NCBI GenBank assembly: GCA_038143065.1
Contig: JAYQLI010000035.1
Coordinates: 1,568,894 to 1,632,893, forward strand
Origin: Rhodospirillales bacterium
GTDB taxonomy: Bacteria > Pseudomonadota > Alphaproteobacteria > Bin95
Reading direction: 5' to 3'
DNA length: 64,000 nt
The notes under the pieces: model-generated
Told to the model about the DNA's origin: nothing
The model's database searches: none
What the model saw: only the letters and a program-made list of their open reading frames with translations
In this document: one piece after another, positions 10,094 through 21,170 of the stretch
How positions within the stretch are numbered: position 1 is the stretch's first letter
How the letters are laid out: each line of letters begins with the position of its first letter
Translations under genes and position numbers: made by a program

Positions 10094-11037
10094 ATGTCTG
10101 ATATTCAAAAAGCATTGATCACAGGTGGAAATGGAAATCTTGGACGGTTGGTCGCCGCTCGCCTCAGGGGAGAGGAATTTCTATTGTACGTTTTGACTTA
10201 GAGGTGACTAAAGATATTCCAAGTGATGGGGATACCATCGTTCTAGGAGACATTCGGGATAAAACGATTGTCAAAAAAATGCTCGAGGAGCACCAACCCG
10301 ATATAGTCTACCATCTAGCATCATTATTATCTGGCAGCTCGGAAGAAGACATAGAGGCAGCATGGGCAATAAATGCGAATGCTTCTTTTGAATTATTGCG
10401 TGCTGCAATGGCAACGGGCGTAAGTCGCTTCTTTTTCGCCAGCACTGTTGCAACTTACGGTGATGGCCTTTCTGACCCACTTCCCCAAGATGCCGAGCAA
10501 TGGCCCTCCAACTTCTATGGAGCGAGCAAAGTAGCCGTTGAACGACTGGGTGTTTATTTCAAGCTCAAACATGGTTTGGATTTTCGCTGTCTACGTTTCC
10601 CATTAGTGATCTCCCCTTTTGCGCCAAAAACAGCTGTCACGGCTTACCCCTCCCACGCAATCAGAGCTGCGCATTCTGGAGAGCGCTTTGTATTCCCAGT
10701 TTCACCAGAAGTGGGTATGTCGACTTTATTCTTAGACGACGTCATTAGCTCAATCGTTCAATACAGCTTGGCTGAGGCTACTGGACTATCAAGACATTCC
10801 TACAACCTGCACGGTTATCATGTGACCGCAGAAGCAGTTGCAACAACCATCCGCAGACGATTTCAAGACTTCCAATACGAGTTTGCGCCAGACCCCGTCG
10901 TGGAAGCTCTGCTTAGCGGCTGGCCAAATGTTATGGCCGACGACGTTGCCAACAAAGACTGGGGTTGGAAACCAGCTTTTGATTTTAGCCAAAGTGCCGA
11001 TCGCATGTTCGAACTATTGGATGCAGAAAAGAGATAA
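10094..11037 (+). CDS. NAD-dependent epimerase/dehydratase, L-threonine 3-dehydrogenase-like extended SDR (frameshift at G4 10167-10170)
   Basis: N-terminal MSDIQKALITGGNGNLG in a different frame joins ORF 10204-11037 (YHLASLLS, YGASK, LDFRCLRFP). Confidence 0.82.
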
Positions 11038-11103
11038 TTCGTCGAACCTAAAACTTTCCGATAACCTTGCAATCAAAGCAGAAAATAAATTGAGGCGATA
11101 ACT

Positions 11104-12830
11104 ATGAGCAATGGAAACAAGGTCGTTGGCACAGGCGGCGAGTTACTGATGCACCAACTCGTCGCTCAGGGTGTAGAATACGCATTCACCAATACGGGTA
11201 GCGCAGAGGCAGGTTTCTTTGATGCATTCTTAACTGTTCCTGGTGTGCAGCCGATTCTTTGCCTTTCAGAACCCCTCGTACTCGCCGCAGCAGACGGTTA
11301 CGCCAAAGCAGCAAAGAAAACATCCTTCGTAAATGTTCATCTTGCCGCCGGAACACGCCAAGGCTCTGGTCAGTTATTCAATGCTTATTTTGATGGGACG
11401 CCGATGGTAGTTACTGCGGCACTTAGGGATAACGGTTCATTTGGAGACCACAACACTTTAGGTGCCTCAGCAGGCTTTGCTCAGATGAACGTTGTCCAGG
11501 ACGTCACGAAGCAGCGCTGGGAAGTTACAAACCATGCTGGAATTCCAATGGCAACACGTCGTGCATTCAAAGCGGCCGGCACAATGCCCACTGGACCAGT
11601 TTACGTTGCCTATTCGAGTCCTGCACTCGACGCAAAAAATGTTGAAGGCATTATCCGACCCGGCCTGCCTTTGGAAACTCCAGTGGCTGCAGCTGACACT
11701 ACATTGCAAAGAATACATGACGCACTGATAAACGCTGAAAACCCACTACTTTTAGTAGGTCCTGATGTACACGCCGCAGGTGCTCAACGGGAAATACTCG
11801 AACTCTCAGAAAATTACGCTTTACCTACCGCGGTTGGCTATTTCGATTACGGCGCCTTTCCAATGGCGCATCCAAACTATATTGGCATGATCGATGTCAT
11901 ACCCAATGAAGGGTATGATGTAATTCTAACCGTTGGTTATCGTCAAAATACCCGAGCCGGGGCATCGGATGACAGGTTTGCAGCCGAACTCATAATAGCG
12001 CTCGGCCATGATCCCAACATGATCGGCAGTACCTATGCTGTCGACATTGGCGTCTTGGGAAATGTTAAACACTCGGTCGCGGGAATAAACAATCTTTGGA
12101 GACCTGGCGACGCCAATCAAAAACACATTCAAGAGCGCCGTCAATCTTTGGCAAAACAAGCTCGAGAACGAGCTGAAAAATATACTTTAGAGAAGGCAAA
12201 ACGAGCAGGCGAAACCCCAATCCATCCTAACTATCTAGGCCTGTTGATGGCAGAGACACTTGCTGAAGGCACTGTTTTTGTTTCCGAAAATTTCCGCGCT
12301 GCAGATCATATGATGCCGCTAGGCTACGAAGACAAAGACTGGAGCTTGGTTCGGACTTTTGGCGGAAGCCTAGGCTTCGGCCTGGGCGCTGCCATAGGAG
12401 CACAGTTAGGTTCACCAGACAGACCAACTACACTAAGCATTGGTGATGCATCGGTGATGTATGGGCCATCCGGTTTTTGGACAATGGCCCGTTACGGACT
12501 GCCGATATTGACTATTGTCTGGAACAATCAGGGATATCAGACCGTTCGGACAAATTTTGCTTCCTGGGAGGCAATATGAAAGACCAGAATCGCTATCCAG
12601 AGACATTCCTTGGTGATCCAGAAATAGACTTTGTTCTGCTTGCTAAGGCTCAGGGGATAGATGGGATGCGGGTTGAAGACCCCAAAGACTTGAACGCTGC
12701 TCTAAAAAGAGGGCGTGAGGTCCAATCCGCAGGAGAGCCGTATTTACTCGATGTTAGAATTGCCAACGTAGGCGCCGGTTCCGATCAGTCCTGGTATATG
12801 AACCATAAAGTCAGTGAAAAGTATAAGTGA
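11104..12830 (+). CDS. Thiamine-diphosphate-dependent enzyme, benzoylformate decarboxylase/acetolactate synthase family (frameshift near 12566)
   Basis: FTNTGSAE, E...AAADGYA, ThDP motif GDASVMY...WNNQGY; C-terminal DFVLLAKAQG in ORF 12477-12830. Confidence 0.85.
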
Positions 12831-12986
12831 GAACAGGATTTCCACACCTACTGGCATATGTATACAGCGCCTAATAATTCTTTAAGCAAAGCTGGTTTTG
12901 AAAATATTAGCAGTTGCAACTGACTACCGTGGTAGCACCGCAGTTTTTCATTGATGACCTAGCTAATCGCGGTCTGTATGGGATGC

Positions 12987-13016
12987 TTGACTACAGGGTG
13001 GCGAGTCTCGTATACA
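12987..13016 (+). promoter_or_regulatory. Putative sigma70 promoter of rpmB
   Basis: TTGACT-N18-TATACA plus GC-rich discriminator about 45 nt upstream of rpmB. Confidence 0.55.
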
Positions 13017-13062
13017 CCGCGGCTCAGAATAGTGTTCAATAACCATAAGTAGGACCATTACC

Positions 13063-13365
13063 ATGGCCCGTCGATGTGCAGTAAGCGGCAAAAGCGTAAT
13101 GGTTGGCAATAATGTCAGCCACGCAAACAATAAAACTAAGCGGACCTTCCGCCCTAATCTTCAGAGTGTGACCTTGATGTCCGATACTCTGGGTTCAAAA
13201 GTGCGCTTGCGCCTTACAACCCACGCGCTCCGCACCATCGAACACAATGGTGGATTAGACTCGTATCTTTTATCAGCGGGCGCTTCTAAGCTGACCCCTG
13301 AAATCCGTAAGCTTAAGCGTCAGGTTTCACGAGCCAAGGCAAAAAAGGAAGCTTCTGCAGCCTAA
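13063..13365 (+). CDS. rpmB: 50S ribosomal protein L28
   Basis: MARRCAVSGK...GNNVSHANNKTKRTFRPNLQ; AGGA RBS. Confidence 0.98.
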   Translation: MARRCAVSGKSVMVGNNVSHANNKTKRTFRPNLQSVTLMSDTLGSKVRLRLTTHALRTIEHNGGLDSYLLSAGASKLTPEIRKLKRQVSRAKAKKEASAA

Positions 13366-13388
13366 ATTTTCTAAAGCTCGTTAATGCC

Positions 13389-13418
13389 AAAACGCCCGCA
13401 TTTTAGCGGGCGTTTTTT
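13389..13418. terminator. Bidirectional rho-independent terminator
   Basis: AAAACGCCCGC-ATTTTA-GCGGGCGTTTTTT between convergent rpmB and acyl-CoA dehydrogenase. Confidence 0.9.
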
Positions 13419-13462
13419 GTTTGATGATATATTCGGTTTAATCACATTCAATTAGCCAAAAA

Positions 13463-14639
13463 TTAATAGCTTTTTTGGCAGTCCGAGTTCACGCTCACCG
13501 ATGTAAGAGAGAACAAGTTCTCGACTGATAGGAGCAATACGAGCAATCATTATCTCTCGGAAAAGGCGCTCTACATGGAACTCCTTAGCGTATCCCATAC
13601 CACCATGGGTGAGGATAGCCCGTTCACACGCCTCAAATCCAACTTCACCTGCAAGGTACTTAGCTGCGTTTGCTTCGCCACCACAGGGTTCTTTGTTATC
13701 GTATAGCCAAGCTGCTTTATATGTTAGTAATCGTGCCGCCTCTAACTTTGCCCAACTATCAGCAAGCGGATGCTGGATGCCTTGGTTTTGGCCAATTGGG
13801 CGCCCAAAGACAACTCGATCACGTGCGTAGGCTGCCGCCCTCTTGAGTGCAGCTTTACCAATTCCAATTGCTTCAGCCGCAATCAAAACGCGTGCTGGGT
13901 TCAAACCATCTAATAAATAATAGAAGCCGCGACCCTCCTCGCCGATACGGTCCTCGTCACGAACTTCAAGGCCATCTATAAAAAGAGCATTAGTATCTAC
14001 CGCCTTACGGCCCATCTTTGGGATCTCACGAATTTCGACCTTATTACGATCAAGGTCCGTATAAAAAAGTGTGATCCCGTCAAATGCACGTTTGCACTGC
14101 TCTTTCGGAGTAGTCCGCGCAAGCAATAGTATCTTATTTGCCCTTTGAGCTGTTGTAGTCCACATCTTTTGACCATGAACTACATAACCAGAAGATGTTC
14201 GTTCTGCCTTAGTAGTAATTGAGGCAGTGTTCAGACCTGCATTCGGCTCTGTAACACCAAAGCAAGTCTTTTCCTTCCCTGCAATTAAAGGAGGCAGGAA
14301 CCTTTGGCGCTGCTCAGGAGTGCCATGTTTGACGATTGGATGAGGACCAAAAATGTTAATGTGAACAGCTGATGCCCCAGATAACCCAGCCCCAGATTCG
14401 GCTATTGCTTCCATAAGCACACAGCCTTCTGCAATACCTAGCGCAGAGCCACCAAACTCTTCTGGCATTGCTATGCCAAGCCAACCATCCTTAGCCAGAG
14501 CTTGATAGAAATCTTCAGGAAATTCGCCCGTGTTATCACGGTCAAGCCAATAGTCCGGACCAAAGCCTTCGCAAAGCCGCCAAACCGCCTCTCTGATCTG
14601 CTCTTGCTGTGCGGTAAACTTAAAATCCATGACGTTCAT
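13463..14639 (-). CDS. Acyl-CoA dehydrogenase (extra A in run 13471-13476; true C-terminus probably LGLPKSY*)
   Basis: FGVTEPNAG, GQKMWTT, RVVFGRPIGQNQGIQHPLA, HGGMGYAKE; removing one A gives the family-typical LPKSY-stop at 13463. Confidence 0.9.
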
Positions 14640-14926
14640 TCTCCCGGAAAGAAGTACCCATTGACTTATTAGGCTAGGGCGAAATCTGAAACACGTCGAT
14701 ATACCAGATCATAAAAGTCATCAATCTATCCTAAAATTTTCAATAAAAATGCTTCGCAATCAGCGCTTAAAGATTCAGGACGAGTTTTGTTTGGAAAATT
14801 TTTTACCCGCATGGTTGCAACTAATTCGCAAAATTGAGTGGTTAGAAAATTGGAAAATTATTGCAACCTAGCGCATTCGATTGACCCATGCCTAAGATGG
14901 CAGACTTAAATCTGGGGAGAGAATCC

Positions 14927-15966
14927 ATGCGGCTCGGCATGTTGCTTAAATATAAAGGTGAGGCAGGAGGTCCAGATATGGACACCGTCCGCGAAGCTGA
15001 GCGGCTTGGATTCGAGAGTGTTTGGTCTGGTGAAAGCTGGGGTGTTGATACAGTTACACCACTGACATGGGTGCTGGCACAAACAACAAAAATTAAAGCT
15101 GGTGCTGGTATCATGCAGATGCCCGCGCGAACACCGGCCTGCGCTGCCATGACAATGATGACATTGAACGCAATGTCAGGCGGAAGGTTCCTGATGGGCA
15201 TTGGACCATCAGGCCCTCAGGTAATAGAGGGCTGGCACGGCCAAGCCTTTGGAAAACCTCTTCTGAGAACTCGCGAGTATATTGAAATTTTGCGTCGTGC
15301 ATTGGCTCGCGAGGAGCCGTTAATGTTCGATGGCGAGCATTATCAAATTCCCTATCAAGGCGAAGGTTCTACGGGGCTTGGCAAGCCTCTGAAGAGTATT
15401 CTCCATGGAGACCCTAGCAATAAAATTTACACCGCCTCATTCTCGCCCGCCGGTCTGCGAACGGCAGGCGAAGTGGCTGATGGAACGCTCCCTATTTATA
15501 TGTCGCCCGAACAAACAGGCCTCATTGTAGATCCAGTTTTGGAGGGAATATCCAAAGCAGATAATGGAAAAACCTTAGCTGATTTCGATATCTGTCCGTA
15601 TGTTCGTGTCGCTATGGGTGATGATGTTGCTGCTTGTCGAGATAAAATTCGACCTGAATTGGCGCTGTATATTGGTGGAATGGGAGCGCGAGAAAAAACT
15701 TCTACAATGATTACGCAAAGCGCCTCGGCTACGCAGACGCTGCCTCTGAAATTCAGGATGCATTCCTAGGGGGCAGACGGAAAGAAGCAATGGCTGCTGT
15801 TCCGGACGCTCTAGTAGACGAACTGTGCTTAGTAGGTCCTCCGGATCGCATCAAGGACCGTATTCAGGTATGGAAAGAAGCGTCAAACACAGGCGCTGTT
15901 GGAGCAATTCTGCTTGGTGGAGCTTCCAAAGAAGCCATGCGCGTGATAGCGGAAGCTGCAGCATAA
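14927..15966 (+). CDS. LLM-class oxidoreductase, F420-dependent type (Rv3520c-like; frameshift at A6 15693-15698)
   Basis: AERLGFESVWSGESWG, GIMQMPARTPA, GIGPSGPQVIEGWHG, LYIGGMGAREK(NFYN) after restoring one A; stop TAA 15964-15966. Confidence 0.85.
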
Positions 15967-15969
15967 CGC

Positions 15970-16965
15970 ATGGGCAAAGCTAAGGTAGCATTCATCGGGA
16001 CGGGGGGAACGATTGCGTCTCACGGAACCGATCCACTAGATCTCATAGCCTACAGTCGAACTAAGCGAGTATATCCGTTAGACGAGCTACTTAGAATGAA
16101 TCCAGTTCTAAGGGACGTTGCAGATATAATTGAGGCTCCCTTCAGACAGGTCCACTCAACTTCCATGGGGCCAGCCGATTGGCCTGATCTTGCCAAGCAT
16201 ATCGATAACCTCTTGTCGGCCGACTCAGATTTGGTTGGCGCTGTGGTAACTCATGGCACTGCTACTCTTGAAGAAACAGCATACTTTCTGAACCTGGTGC
16301 TAAAAACTGAAAAGACCGTGGTACTCGTAGGGGCACAGAGACCGCCTACCGGACTTTCAACAGACGCATTTCTTAACCTCGTCAATGGGGCAAGGGTAGC
16401 GGCAGCGCCTGAAGCTCAAGGTTTAGGAGTCCTAGTATGCCTAAATGACGAAATACATGCTGCTCGCGAAGTTACAAAAACATCTACCTTCCGACTGCAA
16501 ACATTTCGAACACCTGATTTTGGTCTTCTGGGGCATGCGGATGCTGATGAAGTAGCCATCTATCGACGTCCAATTCGCGCTCATGCCCCAAATACTCCAT
16601 TTACTGTTAATTCTGATCTGCCTAGAGTTGATATCGCAATAAGTTATGCGGGCTCAGACGGGGCTCAAATACGTGGTCTCATGGCATCACAACCATCGGG
16701 AATTATAGTTGCCGGTTTTGCCCCGGGCATGACCACTCCAGGAGAACGAACAGCAATAGGGGAAGCCCTAGAGTCTGGTATTGCAGTCGTGCAGGCAACA
16801 CGCGCGCTCTCAGGCCGTGTGGTTCACTTTGATGGGCTTCGACCGAGAGGTATGGTGGTTTCTGACAACCTTTCACCGCAGAAGGCTAGAGTACTTTTAA
16901 TGATAGCTTTGGCTCATGGGATGACATCAGAGAAAGATTTATTAGATGTCTTTAAGACCTTTTAA
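15970..16965 (+). CDS. Asparaginase/glutaminase-fold amidohydrolase
   Basis: GTGGTIAS, THGTATLEETAY, VGAQRP, AREVTK, NLSPQKARVLL. Confidence 0.85.
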   Translation: MGKAKVAFIGTGGTIASHGTDPLDLIAYSRTKRVYPLDELLRMNPVLRDVADIIEAPFRQVHSTSMGPADWPDLAKHIDNLLSADSDLVGAVVTHGTATLEETAYFLNLVLKTEKTVVLVGAQRPPTGLSTDAFLNLVNGARVAAAPEAQGLGVLVCLNDEIHAAREVTKTSTFRLQTFRTPDFGLLGHADADEVAIYRRPIRAHAPNTPFTVNSDLPRVDIAISYAGSDGAQIRGLMASQPSGIIVAGFAPGMTTPGERTAIGEALESGIAVVQATRALSGRVVHFDGLRPRGMVVSDNLSPQKARVLLMIALAHGMTSEKDLLDVFKTF

Positions 16966-17058
16966 AGATCTGACTTGAGAATTCCAAAATTTTGTCCTTT
17001 ACCTTATCCTAAGCCCCCAGGCTCAATCCCCCACTTTAGTGGGCATTTGAACGAGAAA

Positions 17059-17394
17059 ATGATCATGCCCGCGCTTAGCTTTCTAATTCGTCTGATCATT
17101 CTTGTAGCCGCTGTATTTTTTTCTATGGCAAACACAGAATCAGTGGGTGTTGGCATATGGCCTCTAGAAGAGCGCATCGACATGCCGTTGTTCCTCCCGA
17201 TCCTTACAGCAATTGCATTGGGGTTCCTGCTAGGTTGGATAAGAGCATGGATAAAGTTTGGCCGAACACGTCAGGAACTTAGAAAAACCCGTCGCGAGCT
17301 TCGTGCTGCTGATTTAGAAGTAGGACGTTTGAAAGACGAACTAAAATCCCAACAACTCCAAAATCTTCCCGCGATAGATTCGAACTCAAACTAA
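17059..17394 (+). CDS. lapA: LapA (lipopolysaccharide assembly protein A)-like small membrane protein
   Basis: Two TM segments (FSMAN...WP...PLFL..GFLLG) plus basic coiled coil; position upstream of trpF. Confidence 0.65.
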   Translation: MIMPALSFLIRLIILVAAVFFSMANTESVGVGIWPLEERIDMPLFLPILTAIALGFLLGWIRAWIKFGRTRQELRKTRRELRAADLEVGRLKDELKSQQLQNLPAIDSNSN

Positions 17395-17422
17395 AGAAAT
17401 GAACACCTAAAACAGAGGCCGT

Positions 17423-18067
17423 ATGCAAATCGAAGTTAAAATTTGTGGGATCTCCGAATCTACTGGCCTAGATGCAGCGCTGGAAAGCGATGCAACGTAT
17501 GTAGGTTTTGTTTTCTTTCCACCATCCCCAAGATCTGTAACCACGGAAATTGCATCAGAGCTAGCAAAAGCGTCTGAAGGACGAACAAAACGCGTTGGTT
17601 TGATGGTTAATCCGACTGATTTTGAAATTTCTGAAATTACAACCAAAGTATCGCTCGACATAATTCAATTGCACGGAAGTGAGACCCCTGAACGGACAAG
17701 CGAAATACGTCGCAAATTTGGTTTGCCCATAATCAAGGCTATCCCAATAGCAACCGCAGATGATCTAAATAGCTCTCTGACGTGGGGCACATCAGCAGGT
17801 ATGTTGCTTTTTGACGCCAAACCTCCATCGAAACCCAATTCATTACCAGGGGGCAATGCAATTAGCTTTGACTGGAGCCTTCTAGCCAATAACAAACTTT
17901 CGAACTCTTGGATGCTTTCCGGTGGCCTAACGCAAGATAATGTAAAAGAAGCAATTCGTCTGACGGGAGCTAATGCCGTTGATGTTTCTTCTGGGGTTGA
18001 GAGTTCGCGTGGAGTGAAAGACCCAGACATGATCCGAGCCTTTATCCAGGCTGCACGGAGTTCCTGA
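17423..18067 (+). CDS. trpF: Phosphoribosylanthranilate isomerase
   Basis: VKICGI, GFVFFPPSPR, QLHGSE, FDWSLL, LSGGL, VDVSSGVE. Confidence 0.96.
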   Translation: MQIEVKICGISESTGLDAALESDATYVGFVFFPPSPRSVTTEIASELAKASEGRTKRVGLMVNPTDFEISEITTKVSLDIIQLHGSETPERTSEIRRKFGLPIIKAIPIATADDLNSSLTWGTSAGMLLFDAKPPSKPNSLPGGNAISFDWSLLANNKLSNSWMLSGGLTQDNVKEAIRLTGANAVDVSSGVESSRGVKDPDMIRAFIQAARSS

Positions 18068-18157
18068 CAATATAAATAGCTAAATTAGTTGGATTTCTTG
18101 GTGCTCGGCGCTATTGTCCCTTCATATTTTCACACGACCTTGAAAGCCAGTCAGACG

Positions 18158-19375
18158 ATGAGCCCCGACGGCCTAAATTCTTTTCGCGCTGGCCCAGACG
18201 AAACCGGCCGGTTTGGCCTTTTCGGTGGGCGCTATGTTGCCGAAACTTTAATGCCTCTTATCTTAGAGGTGGAGCAGGCGTATCATAATGCGCGCAGGGA
18301 CCCCGAGTTCTTGCGCCTTATGGACTATTACCTAGCGCACTATGTGGGTCGACCAAGTCCTTTGTACTTTGCCGAACGACTCACGGAGCATCTCGGCGGA
18401 GCAAAAATTTATTTTAAACGCGATGAGCTAAATCATACCGGGAGCCATAAAGCCAATAATGTCTTGGGCCAGGTTTTGTTAGCTAAACGCATGGGTAAAA
18501 CCCGAATTATTGCAGAAACTGGAGCGGGCCAGCATGGGGTTGCAACAGCAACTTTCTGCGCTCTTTTTGACATCCCCTGCGTGATCTACATGGGTGCTAC
18601 GGATGTTGAAAGACAGGCTCCTAACGTTGCACGGATGAAACTTCTTGGCGCTGAAGTCCGTCCAGTAACGTCCGGTTCACAGACCTTAAAAGATGCAATG
18701 AACGAAGGACTACGTGACTGGGTGTCTCATGTACACGACACATACTACGTCATTGGGACAGCTGCCGGCCCTCATCCTTACCCTGAAATGGTAAGAGATT
18801 TTCAATCCGTGATTGGCCGCGAGACGCGCGAACAAATTATGGCCGCCGAAGGGCGTCTCCCTGATACACTGATTGCCTGTATAGGTGGGGGTTCAAATGC
18901 CATAGGTATCTTCCACCCTTTCCTCGACGATAAAGATGTTGAGATGTTTGGGGTCGAAGCAGCTGGACGAGGTGTGGATACCGGTGAGCATGCCGCTGCT
19001 ATTGGTGGTGGAACGCCAGGAGTACTCCATGGCAACCGCACTTATCTACTGCAAGATGATGATGGGCAAATTGCTGAAGCGCACTCCATATCTGCTGGCT
19101 TAGACTACCCAGGAATAGGACCAGAGCATTCATGGCTAGCCCAGCAAGGGCGCGTAAAATACGTAAATGCTACAGATGATGAAGCTCTAGAAGCTTTTCA
19201 AACTTGCGCAAAACTGGAGGGCATCATACCGGCTCTTGAACCAGCCCCCGCTTTAGCCTTTGTTCTGCGATGGGCAGGCAAACAGCCAAAAGAAAAACTT
19301 GTTGTAATGAATATGTGTGGACGAGGAGATAAGGACGTTTTTGCCGTGGCTGAACGTTTAGGAATGCCAATATGA
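18158..19375 (+). CDS. trpB: Tryptophan synthase beta chain
   Basis: LNHTGSHK (PLP Lys), [38 protein letters not shown]. Confidence 0.98.
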   Translation: MSPDGLNSFRAGPDETGRFGLFGGRYVAETLMPLILEVEQAYHNARRDPEFLRLMDYYLAHYVGRPSPLYFAERLTEHLGGAKIYFKRDELNHTGSHKANNVLGQVLLAKRMGKTRIIAETGAGQHGVATATFCALFDIPCVIYMGATDVERQAPNVARMKLLGAEVRPVTSGSQTLKDAMNEGLRDWVSHVHDTYYVIGTAAGPHPYPEMVRDFQSVIGRETREQIMAAEGRLPDTLIACIGGGSNAIGIFHPFLDDKDVEMFGVEAAGRGVDTGEHAAAIGGGTPGVLHGNRTYLLQDDDGQIAEAHSISAGLDYPGIGPEHSWLAQQGRVKYVNATDDEALEAFQTCAKLEGIIPALEPAPALAFVLRWAGKQPKEKLVVMNMCGRGDKDVFAVAERLGMPI

Positions 19376-20193
19376 GCCGGCTCTCAAAACGGTTTGCCGA
19401 GCTTAACACGCAGGGCCGCGGAGGTTTTATTCCATTCCTCACGTCGTGTGACCCGGATCCAAATACATTCAAAAAGATCCTCGCGGGGCTACCTGAAGCA
19501 GGAGCCGATATAATAGAAATTGGTGTTCCTTTCACAGACCCTGCTGCAGACGGGCCCTCAATTCAGGCTGCTGGGCAACGTGCTCTAAAGGCAGGAGCTA
19601 CATTAAAGGGAACGTTAGAAATTATCCGAGATTTTCGGAAAACCAATAACGACACTCCAATTGTTTTGATGGGATATTTCAACCCAATATATTCGATGGG
19701 ATGCGAAACATTCGCCAAAGCTGCTGCCGAGAGTGGAGTGGATGGTCTTATTACTGTAGACCTTCCACCGGAAGAAGAAGAGGAGCTTCGCGTACCTGTC
19801 CAAAATGCAGGTATCGACATCGTTCGTCTCATAGCTCCAACGACTGACAACAAGCGCCTTCCTCAAGTTTTAAAACATGCCTCAGGCTTCATTTATTACG
19901 TGTCGATTGCCGGAATAACTGGAACTACATCACCAACAATTGATTCTATTCAATTAGCTGCAGAAAGACTTCGCAAGCATACCGATCTACCACTTGCTGT
20001 AGGGTTCGGTATCCGAACACCAGAATTGGCCAGTGCCGTTTCCCGGACAGCGGATGCAGCGGTTGTCGGATCAGCCGTGGTAGAGCGAGTAGCTGCAAAT
20101 CTTGATGCTAATGGTGAAGCCCTACCAGGCCTGGTGGACGATGTACTTCATTTGGTGAAGAATCTTGCCGATGGAGTGAGGATCAACACATGA
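19372..20193 (+). CDS. trpA: Tryptophan synthase alpha chain
   Basis: [38 protein letters not shown]; ATGA overlap with trpB. Confidence 0.98.
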   Translation: MSRLSKRFAELNTQGRGGFIPFLTSCDPDPNTFKKILAGLPEAGADIIEIGVPFTDPAADGPSIQAAGQRALKAGATLKGTLEIIRDFRKTNNDTPIVLMGYFNPIYSMGCETFAKAAAESGVDGLITVDLPPEEEEELRVPVQNAGIDIVRLIAPTTDNKRLPQVLKHASGFIYYVSIAGITGTTSPTIDSIQLAAERLRKHTDLPLAVGFGIRTPELASAVSRTADAAVVGSAVVERVAANLDANGEALPGLVDDVLHLVKNLADGVRINT

Positions 20194-21170
20194 GCTGGCT
20201 CGACAAATACGTTCGTCCAAAAATTCAACAACTTGTCAGACGGACGCCCGCACCGGCAGATCTCTGGCTTCAGTGCCCTGATTGCGCCCAGATGATTTTC
20301 CATAAAGATCTGGAACAGGCTGCAATGGTATGTCCCAACTGCAGCCATCACATGCGAATAGGCGCAGATAGCCGCTTTTCTTTATTATTAGATGAAGGCA
20401 GCCGAGAAAACATACGCTTGCCAGAAACGCCCGTAGATCCTCTAAAATTTCGAGATCAAAAGCGCTACACAGACCGGCTAAAAGATGCCCAACAAAAAAG
20501 TGGTGAAAACGACGCTCTCAAGGCGGCTTATGGCACAATAGAGGGAGTACCAGTTGTGATAGCTGTACTCGATTTTGGGTTCATGGGTGGATCCATGGGT
20601 GCTGCGGTTGGTGCAGGTTTTGTTGCTGCAGCCAGAGAAGCGGTGAAGCGAAATGCTGCCTTTATTGCTATAACGGCTTCAGGTGGGGCCAGAATGCAAG
20701 AAGGCATTCTCTCACTCATGCAAATGCCGCGAACTGTAGCAGCCCTCGGTCTGCTTAAAGATGCAGAATTACCCTATGTAACCTTGATAACCGACCCAAC
20801 GACTGGTGGCGTATCTGCATCCTTTGCAATGTTAGGCGATATTTCTATTGCTGAGCCTGGTGCAGGCATAGGGTTCGCAGGCCAACGTGTAATCAAAGAG
20901 ACTATTGGACAGACCTTACCTGAAGGCTTCCAACGAGCTGAATATCTCCTTGAACATGGCATGTTAGACATGGTTGTCAGCCGACATGAGCTCAAGGCAG
21001 CGATAGGTAAGGTATTGAGTATTCTGATGTTCCCCACCCTTGATACGGAAAAGAACCTTCATCTTCATGCTGCTGGGAAGACTAAAACTGTAAAAAACGC
21101 AAAGCCGAAATCTAGTGAGAAATCGATAGCTGCTGATAGCACTACGAAGAGAGCTAATTCTGAAAAGTGA
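20190..21170 (+). CDS. accD: Acetyl-CoA carboxylase carboxyltransferase beta subunit
   Basis: Zn ribbon CPDC...CPNC, DPLKFRD, FMGGSMG, SGGARMQEG, PTTGGVSASFA; Lys-rich C-terminal tail. Confidence 0.97.
   Translation: MSWLDKYVRPKIQQLVRRTPAPADLWLQCPDCAQMIFHKDLEQAAMVCPNCSHHMRIGADSRFSLLLDEGSRENIRLPETPVDPLKFRDQKRYTDRLKDAQQKSGENDALKAAYGTIEGVPVVIAVLDFGFMGGSMGAAVGAGFVAAAREAVKRNAAFIAITASGGARMQEGILSLMQMPRTVAALGLLKDAELPYVTLITDPTTGGVSASFAMLGDISIAEPGAGIGFAGQRVIKETIGQTLPEGFQRAEYLLEHGMLDMVVSRHELKAAIGKVLSILMFPTLDTEKNLHLHAAGKTKTVKNAKPKSSEKSIAADSTTKRANSEK

Noticed and set aside
19240-19255. Trp[10 protein letters not shown] instead of the usual ALE(S/P)AHA
   Set aside because: Single-base difference inside a C run; likely a base-calling error, and other catalytic motifs are intact
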